DNA from: a virus
Reading direction: 5' to 3' (one strand)
DNA: 64,000 nt
IMG/VR virus record: IMGVR_UViG_3300046387_001332
Both the position numbers and the translations under genes were made by a program. Positions 1 to 6,676 of the stretch are shown here, piece after piece (the stretch's first letter is position 1; every line of letters begins with the position of its first letter). Below the pieces are notes generated by a model. That model had not been told where the DNA came from, searched no databases, and saw nothing but the letters and a program-made list of their open reading frames with translations.

Positions 1-690
1 ATGGATTGCTATGAAGATGCCATCGATTATATTGAATCGGAAGAAAAAACTGATACATCTTTCGTAAAGGTATTTACCAATTCAAAAAACTTGGTTATTA
101 GTTTCAATGGAAATGCTCATACGGGATTTGGTAGGAAAACATCATTGATGGATTTAAAATATAATAAACAATATGATATTGATGTATTGTATATGAGAAA
201 TTATTTTGGATGGTATTTAAATTCAATGCAGAACATCGGTGAAAAAGTTGATGATACAATTGAATTTTTAAAAGACATATTCAATTCTTATGAAAGAGTC
301 GTTTGCACAGGATCCAGTGCTGGAGGTTATGCTTCGTTGTTATTTGGTAGTTTGTGTAATGTCAATTCAGTTATTGTATTCTCACCACAGACGAACTTAG
401 ATTACATTGCTGAAAAGTGCCAACCAAAATTGTTATTGAAAAGCAAATCTGAAATGACCGATTGGAACAAGTATTCCAATATTAGTAATATCTTAAATTC
501 AGATGTAAATTATTATTTTAAATTTAACAATAAATATTGGCAGAAGGTCGCAGATGAAAATCAAAATGAGAACTTATTTATTCTTCATGATGCAAATATT
601 CATTTTCCAACTTCAATTAAAAATCATCCAAACGTAAATATATGTGATGATTTCTTTGATACATTAAATAAAACATTGTGTATTGATTGA
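1..690 (+). CDS. alpha/beta-hydrolase-fold protein (may extend 5' of window)
   Basis: G-S-S-A-G-G nucleophile elbow, VIVFSPQT, late His (LHD). Confidence 0.6.
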   Translation: MDCYEDAIDYIESEEKTDTSFVKVFTNSKNLVISFNGNAHTGFGRKTSLMDLKYNKQYDIDVLYMRNYFGWYLNSMQNIGEKVDDTIEFLKDIFNSYERVVCTGSSAGGYASLLFGSLCNVNSVIVFSPQTNLDYIAEKCQPKLLLKSKSEMTDWNKYSNISNILNSDVNYYFKFNNKYWQKVADENQNENLFILHDANIHFPTSIKNHPNVNICDDFFDTLNKTLCID

Positions 691-720
691 TTCAAATACC
701 AAATTGATATATATTATTAT

Positions 721-1329
721 ATGTCGAGCAAAATTTTTTTAGTATACAGTGGATTATTGATTGTATGTAATTTATTTGCTGGCCGGTATTATCCTCAAAT
801 CTCAGATTTTCTATGTGGATGCAAATATTGCGAAAGTGTTAATAAACACGAACCATTAGATATTGGTATTCATTTTTCAAGATGTTTATCTCGTAATCAA
901 CAATTTCAGAAAACAATGGACATCTTGAATGAAAGCAAACCCGATCCATTTGGCATTCCAGCAAGAGATATGTTACCCGATCCTTCGAGGAAAAATTTTT
1001 CGGAAGAACCAAAAAATGTTCATAAAGTAGATACTACTATAAAAGAACCTAAACTTGAAATAATAAATGATCCTTATGATGACTATGAATGGAGATATAT
1101 AGATAATCACGGATGGACTTATTCTACTACCATTCAAAGTTCCACTCATGATACATGGATATATCGTGAAGATTTAGGATGGGTATTCAGTTTCGGAATC
1201 GAGGCAAATTTTTTATACAGTGAAGAACACGGATGGTTTTATTCAATGCAATATAATGACCGTTATATTTTATATTGGTACGACCGTAGATATTGGTTAT
1301 ATGCCCACGATTTTTGGTGGAAGAAATAG
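721..1329 (+). CDS. putative secreted/membrane protein with C-terminal Trp/Tyr-rich repeats
   Basis: N-terminal hydrophobic stretch; three (W/L)xYxxxxGW-type repeats (YIDNHGW, WIYREDLGW, LYSEEHGW). Confidence 0.6.
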   Translation: MSSKIFLVYSGLLIVCNLFAGRYYPQISDFLCGCKYCESVNKHEPLDIGIHFSRCLSRNQQFQKTMDILNESKPDPFGIPARDMLPDPSRKNFSEEPKNVHKVDTTIKEPKLEIINDPYDDYEWRYIDNHGWTYSTTIQSSTHDTWIYREDLGWVFSFGIEANFLYSEEHGWFYSMQYNDRYILYWYDRRYWLYAHDFWWKK

Positions 1330-2131
1330 TGGCCAATGATTCACTCAAAAGAAATAAATGCTTGCTTTCGCAACCATTTGATTTCTTCTTCATTCATCAT
1401 ATTATTCAGCCGGACTTTTGCCCCACAAATTACCCCTTAAAATGCGACCCCAAATGGCTATCCGTAGTAGGAGTTTTTTTGCGGAAATATTGTATAATGA
1501 TAATAGTAATAGTAATAGAGATAATAAAGTAGATACAATACGCATAATGCATAATAGTAATAATAGTATAGGTAATAGTAATAGAGGTAATATAAAGGAA
1601 ATAGTATCCACGTCGTCTAAATCGTCTATAAATGCTATAATGCGTATAACATCAGGTTAGTTGTCCCCACGCACCAACTGAGTATAATGCATATTAATAT
1701 CAACTATCATCAATATCATCAACTAACATCAACTTAGGATAACCTGATATAATAGTAATAATACGAGTATAGGTAATAGACGAACAAGACTTCATATAGG
1801 TAGGGATATATGTCCCCAAAAATACCTTTTACACCTAATAGCATATATTACCTTGTGTTATAGGTGTCAAATGCGTTCTAGGTATCAAGGTAGTTATATT
1901 GATAGGTATATACATTTATTTACATATAATATAATAAACTACTGCTTATGAGGAATGAGAACCTGCTACACCTACAATTTAATAAAGGGGGGTCACGGTT
2001 GTCCACCACTTTTTCACTATAAGTACCCATATCAAAAAAGCATACCGCTGTCAAGCATTTTCGCACACACCTTGCATCTATTACTATTACTAATGATAAT
2101 ACGCATAACACCCACTAGCAATGGCCTGATA

Positions 2132-2249
2132 TATTTTCTCCAGCACCTAGTAAAAATAAAATGCGATTAATTCTAGCACATATAATGCTGAGTAATAGCA
2201 ACTTACGCAAAGCCCTTTAAATTATTTTTGCTAGGTGCTGGAGAAAATA
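2132..2249. repeat. 28-bp inverted repeat with 62-nt spacer
   Basis: 2132-2159 TATTTTCTCCAGCACCTAGTAAAAATAA vs reverse complement of 2222-2249, 27/28 identical. Confidence 0.9.
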
Positions 2250-2342
2250 GGAAACTTGGAGTGCATTGTGTATTACTATTACTATGTATGCGTATATTAC
2301 TATTACCTACTCTTATACTATTACTATTATCATTATTATTAG

Positions 2343-2371
2343 TTGACTTTTCGCAAAATTTTTGATACCAT
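2343..2371 (+). promoter_or_regulatory. sigma70-type promoter
   Basis: TTGACT-N17-TACCAT. Confidence 0.6.
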
Positions 2372-2461
2372 CAAGGGATGGTGGGAGGGGAACAGATATA
2401 TGCCCAAAATAGACTTCATTTTTGTGGGGTAAATTTTGTGAATAACTTCTTATAAAAAGTC

Positions 2462-2490
2462 TTGACATTAACGGCGTTTTTTAGTAGAGT
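2462..2490 (+). promoter_or_regulatory. sigma70-type promoter
   Basis: TTGACA-N17-TAGAGT. Confidence 0.55.
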
Positions 2491-2686
2491 ATTTGTATAG
2501 TGAGATTGAGATATTTAAGAAGTTTGTTTGTTCGTTATTCGGTTAGTAATAAACCAAGGTTTTTTGTTTTTGTTTTCCTTGGTATTTCTCCTTAACCGGG
2601 TTAGGTTGTGTGAATAACAAGTCCGATGGGGGTTTCCTTTCTATCTCCTCCATCGGACTTTTTTTATATTCTTTTTTATAATATGC

Positions 2687-2715
2687 TTGACAAATTATAA
2701 AAACTTTATTACACT
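2687..2715 (+). promoter_or_regulatory. sigma70-type promoter
   Basis: TTGACA-N17-TACACT. Confidence 0.65.
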
Positions 2716-2969
2716 CTAAGGAGTGGGAGGGAGGGTTACCCTTAAATAACTTCGAATTTTTAAAAACAGAGCAGGACATCTCAAAAAAGTGTTTCGCCTT
2801 AAGATGCGTATTAGTGTACATACAACGCAATATAATTCCTAATATGCGTAATAGAAAATATTGCAATTACTTTTTGTGCTATAATGCGTTCTGGATACAT
2901 CCAGAATCAATAATCAAATTATACTGCTGGGCCCGGTTAGTGCCCTTTGTGCTCATCCATAAAAAAATA

Positions 2970-2998
2970 TTGACTAAACGCAAATTATATTATAATAT
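2970..2998 (+). promoter_or_regulatory. sigma70-type promoter
   Basis: TTGACT-N17-TAATAT, 6 nt before ATG 3005. Confidence 0.65.
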
Positions 2999-3004
2999 TG
3001 ATAT

Positions 3005-3319
3005 ATGATTAAAATAATTGAGAAGACTATGAAAGAATTTGCGGACAAGCAAATCAATTTACAAAGTGATACTGCACGAACTATGATTGCTACTACAATT
3101 GCCAAAGCAGTTGCTCAACATCAACAAATAAAAAAAGACCTTACACAAATTGTTCCGGAACAAAATATTGATGATGTTATTACAACTGCTATGGAAAATA
3201 ACGGATACACAAAAGGTGATAGTGGATATGATATTAACAATGGTACAAGAGATATTATCTTTCATACCAAGAACGGTTCTAAATTTGAAGTAACCTTTCG
3301 CAGACTTTGGAATACATGA
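3005..3319 (+). CDS. hypothetical protein
   Basis: 104-aa ORF directly after promoter, ATGA-coupled to next ORF. Confidence 0.7.
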   Translation: MIKIIEKTMKEFADKQINLQSDTARTMIATTIAKAVAQHQQIKKDLTQIVPEQNIDDVITTAMENNGYTKGDSGYDINNGTRDIIFHTKNGSKFEVTFRRLWNT

Positions 3320-3393
3320 TAACCTATTTTGCTATTGCTATGTGTGCTTTGATGTTGTGTTGTTTGGTGTACGATTTGTTTTTTCATGATTGA
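3316..3393 (+). CDS. small hydrophobic peptide (25 aa)
   Basis: MITYFAIAMCALMLCCLVYDLFFHD; ATGA overlap with upstream stop; read manually. Confidence 0.4.
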   Translation: MITYFAIAMCALMLCCLVYDLFFHD

Positions 3394-3553
3394 TTTAAGT
3401 GATCCGATATTTTATATAGGAATGATGCTGATATGTGTGTATGCTTATATCGGAGGAAAATGGTTGGACAACCGTAATAAGATACATAACGATAAATTGA
3501 AAGAAGAAGAACGTAAAAATCGCATAAAAGAATTTAAGTCGGAAAAAATATAA
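3386..3553 (+). CDS. small single-TM protein (55 aa)
   Basis: MIDLSDPIFYIGMMLICVYAYIGG followed by charged tail; overlaps previous ORF. Confidence 0.5.
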   Translation: MIDLSDPIFYIGMMLICVYAYIGGKWLDNRNKIHNDKLKEEERKNRIKEFKSEKI

Positions 3554-3585
3554 AGTACTGATAATACGCAACTTACGAAAAAAAC

Positions 3586-4074
3586 GTGAATCCCCAAAAA
3601 AAATTAAAAACCTATAATATCACATATCGTGAGCATGAACATAATCCAATTAGTAACAAAACGGTTACCTATAAAGCAAATACTGCACAAGAAGCAGAAG
3701 AACTTTTTTATGCTGATTATCCTGAACAAAAAGAACGCACTTATATAGAAATACATTCTCCACTAAGCAATTACCAAATTGATCGTGACAACGAAAAAAG
3801 CACGGAAACCCCAAATGATGATACAATGAAGAAACTAAACATACTAAGCATATTCAAAACCGTTAATGAGTATGTGCAACAATTAACAATGCTTATTATA
3901 GGACTTATACCATTGCTACTATTGGGTGTTGTTATATTCGGTGACAATTTCTTTTTGGGTAATGCAGTATTATGGAATATACAGAATATACTTGATAGCA
4001 TGGCAGGTTTCGTGGGCATCGTTACTTTGATACTCATTGTATACTTTTATAGTCGCACTACCAAAAGCAAATAA
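3586..4074 (+). CDS. hypothetical membrane protein (soluble N-term + 2 TM)
   Basis: Two hydrophobic segments in C-terminal half. Confidence 0.65.
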   Translation: MNPQKKLKTYNITYREHEHNPISNKTVTYKANTAQEAEELFYADYPEQKERTYIEIHSPLSNYQIDRDNEKSTETPNDDTMKKLNILSIFKTVNEYVQQLTMLIIGLIPLLLLGVVIFGDNFFLGNAVLWNIQNILDSMAGFVGIVTLILIVYFYSRTTKSK

Positions 4075-4159
4075 CTTCGCATAACCGTCCCACAAAATTA
4101 GTTGTTATAATATTTATAATAACGAGGTCATATACGACCTTTTGTTGTGGGAGAAAAAT

Positions 4160-4264
4160 GTGGAAAATATAAAAGATACTTTAATAGGTATAGCTATATT
4201 CGTAGTAGGAATACTAATACTCAAATACATTATTGATTTTATAGGATTGTTTATGTGCAATTAA
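4160..4264 (+). CDS. small single-TM peptide (34 aa)
   Basis: GTG start after GGAG; hydrophobic LIGIAIFVVGILIL. Confidence 0.4.
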   Translation: MENIKDTLIGIAIFVVGILILKYIIDFIGLFMCN

Positions 4265-4326
4265 GAATTAGTATAACTAATATGTAATTTAATAATAAAA
4301 AGATAGTTTTTATAATATTTATAGAC

Positions 4327-4446
4327 ATGAGTAATTATATAACACCTCGTCAAAAAGCCATTATCACGGAAAAAACACTAAAAGTGGGGAAAAAGGCACT
4401 AATAGTAGCAGGTGTATTCGCATTAGCAGTATTGTGTAGTGGATAA
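4327..4446 (+). CDS. small protein with C-terminal hydrophobic tail (39 aa)
   Basis: ATATTTAT motif 4 nt upstream of ATG; ends ALIVAGVFALAVLCSG. Confidence 0.5.
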   Translation: MSNYITPRQKAIITEKTLKVGKKALIVAGVFALAVLCSG

Positions 4447-4759
4447 TATAGGTATAATATTGCTTAATACTATGCTAATTTTTATTTTGCTTTATTCGGT
4501 TAGTGTTATAGTAGCATTGGTATATTAGATATACTACTAACTTTTTTTTGTAACCCAAGGGCGGCAATGCCGGTTTTTGCCGGGCCATGTCTACTCTTGT
4601 GTGGGTGCCCGTTTTTTTGTCAGATATTTACTATACCGTTTTTAGACACCGAAATTATATTTTTTTTGGGGAAAATTGCCAAAAATCCAGAAGAAAAAAA
4701 AATTTATGGGGAAATTACTATTAAAATTAAGGTTTTTTGTGAATATTTATATATAAATC

Positions 4760-5155
4760 ATGAAAAAACTAAACGGAAAACTCTATTTTAATAAAAATGA
4801 CATGGAAGAAGCAAAAAAAGATGCAGTATTCTACTTGGATCACCCGAATGAAGAGCATGAATTTCTTTATATCATAGATTCTAATGAAAAAAAATGCGTA
4901 ACAGATGGTATTAATGGGTTAAATAACACTTTTTCATGGGAATTTACTTCTGAGAACGCAATAAATATGAATACAATAGACCGTTGTTACAATAGTTTGC
5001 GTGTTCATAGCACTTCACTTATATCATATAATGAATATTATGAAATTAAACCTGTTCAGAGAACTCAGTATGTTGAACAGAAGTTTGCTAATTGGTTAAA
5101 TGCTCAAGGTCATCTGATTTTATACAATATTTTGAATAAACTAAATAAATCTTAA
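4760..5155 (+). CDS. hypothetical protein
   Basis: 131-aa ORF preceded by ATATTTAT. Confidence 0.65.
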   Translation: MKKLNGKLYFNKNDMEEAKKDAVFYLDHPNEEHEFLYIIDSNEKKCVTDGINGLNNTFSWEFTSENAINMNTIDRCYNSLRVHSTSLISYNEYYEIKPVQRTQYVEQKFANWLNAQGHLILYNILNKLNKS

Positions 5156-5196
5156 ATAGAGTTATAAAAAATCTTGTGTAGTTAATATATATATGT

Positions 5197-5517
5197 ATGA
5201 TAAATTTGCTCGGACTATCTAAACCAAAACCCAAAGGTATTAAGGTTACTATTGAATATTGTCCTAAGAATGTTACTCTTCCGTATAAGGTAAAAAAACT
5301 AATCAATGAAGCATCATTGAAAGTTCCCGATGAAACAAATAATCCTTCTGCTAAAGACCCGTTTGGTTTTTCTGATAAAGTAGTAAGAGTTGGTGAGTTT
5401 CTTAACGAACAACAAGTTCAGCATCTCGTAGAAAAAGCTCGTTCCTATAAATCAGAGTTTGATAGTATTGAAATCGTTGAAAGAGAATCCTCTGGACCAG
5501 AGTTGCTTTTAGATTAA
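5197..5517 (+). CDS. hypothetical protein
   Basis: 106-aa ORF on the locally coding strand. Confidence 0.7.
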   Translation: MINLLGLSKPKPKGIKVTIEYCPKNVTLPYKVKKLINEASLKVPDETNNPSAKDPFGFSDKVVRVGEFLNEQQVQHLVEKARSYKSEFDSIEIVERESSGPELLLD

Positions 5518-5533
5518 TACCAATTGAGGTTTT

Positions 5534-6142
5534 TTGGTGGACATTCTTCATTTACCTATTTGTGAGGATTGTTATTCTACTGCGTATTGCATACAAAACA
5601 AACTAAGATTAAATTCTTATTCATTGGATTGGGTGTATGTATCTCCTTATAGAGCATATCAATGTATAGAAAATGAATTTGCTAACTTCTTTGAACCTGA
5701 TAACATAGAAATTTGTGGAATCAACAAACAAAGAATCATAGAATCTAGGTACACTGTGTTTGATACTAAATACAAACTGTTAGTTCCTCACTTCATTGTT
5801 AATCCTAAAACTGATATACCTGTTATGCATGAAAAGTTTAAAAAAAGAAATCGTAAACTATTAAATCAGTTTGAAGATAAAGTACCTGTCAACTTTGTGT
5901 ATAAATCACTAAATACATTCAATAAGCAAAGAAAGCATTTTACTGAGTATTATTCTGCGGAAGAACAAAATGAGTTTGGTAAGCATAATATGAAAATACA
6001 ATTTGAGAATATAAAGCAATTACTAATAAACAAATACCAATACAATGAAAAGGATATTACAATACAATATCTAAAAAGAACTCAAGGTACTAACTTTATA
6101 GGAATAAATAAAATAACAAAGCAATCTGAAAAGCTTGACTAA
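5534..6142 (+). CDS. DUF1796-like putative papain-type cysteine peptidase
   Basis: N-terminal xxC...LR..SY.LDW...F..FF pattern resembles DUF1796. Confidence 0.5.
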   Translation: MVDILHLPICEDCYSTAYCIQNKLRLNSYSLDWVYVSPYRAYQCIENEFANFFEPDNIEICGINKQRIIESRYTVFDTKYKLLVPHFIVNPKTDIPVMHEKFKKRNRKLLNQFEDKVPVNFVYKSLNTFNKQRKHFTEYYSAEEQNEFGKHNMKIQFENIKQLLINKYQYNEKDITIQYLKRTQGTNFIGINKITKQSEKLD

Positions 6143-6163
6143 TTTTTGGGGAAACTGTATAAT
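6135..6163 (+). promoter_or_regulatory. sigma70-type promoter
   Basis: TTGACT-N17-TATAAT, 8 nt before ATG 6172. Confidence 0.75.
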
Positions 6164-6171
6164 TCCCTATT

Positions 6172-6429
6172 ATGTTTAATAGTAAATCATCAGAAGGTAC
6201 AACATATGTGTATCTAAAGAGATATGTAAAAAGTCATCCTACTGCTATGCTGGCTAGTGATGCTCATTTTGAAATTATGAAAATTGAAAATGGTGTATGC
6301 TTTGAAATAAACAAAAACTCAGATTCAAAGCCAAGAGTAGTTAGTGTAGGAGATCGTGTAAACATGGATCAAGCATATGAAATCTCTTTAGAAGCAAACT
6401 GCATTGTAGAACCTGTGTATCCTAACTAA
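6172..6429 (+). CDS. hypothetical protein
   Basis: 85-aa ORF behind consensus promoter. Confidence 0.7.
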   Translation: MFNSKSSEGTTYVYLKRYVKSHPTAMLASDAHFEIMKIENGVCFEINKNSDSKPRVVSVGDRVNMDQAYEISLEANCIVEPVYPN

Positions 6430-6512
6430 GTAGCATACATCAATTTTTTGGGGGAATATTTACCCAACCTACATAATAATTTTAAATTATAAAAAAATTA
6501 TAAAAATAGATG

Positions 6513-6541
6513 TTGACGTCTAAGGGGTATTATGGTAATCT
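6513..6541 (+). promoter_or_regulatory. sigma70-type promoter upstream of rIIA
   Basis: A-tract UP region, TTGACG-N17-TAATCT with TGn extended -10. Confidence 0.65.
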
Positions 6542-6676
6542 AGTATCATAATGAGAAATACGAGAGAGATAGAAAATCATTTTTTTCTAAGAACTATAAT
6601 ATAACTATAATAAATCGTAGACCTTATTCAGATTCTAATAATCAACTAACATATATTACATCAACTATCATCTATT

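Larger units (their letters stand above)
1421..2429. repeat. degenerate long inverted repeat in ORF-poor region (candidate replication origin)
   Basis: Reverse-complement matches 1494-1514/2316-2336 (21/21), 1538-1546/2287-2295, 1477-1487/2348-2358 (10/11), 1421-1429/2421-2429, all near one antidiagonal. Confidence 0.6.

Noticed and set aside
1490-1790. CRISPR array
   Set aside because: The repeats are short, degenerate and irregularly spaced, with no repeat-spacer periodicity.
1293-3008. Short ORFs in the ORF track (e.g. 1418-1660, 1402-1611, 2543-2866)
   Set aside because: Low-complexity translations produced by the TAATAG repeats, overlapping on both strands, with no recognisable motifs.
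4088-4152. Hammerhead ribozyme
   Set aside because: Three stems are present, but the CUGANGA and GAAA core is missing on both strands.
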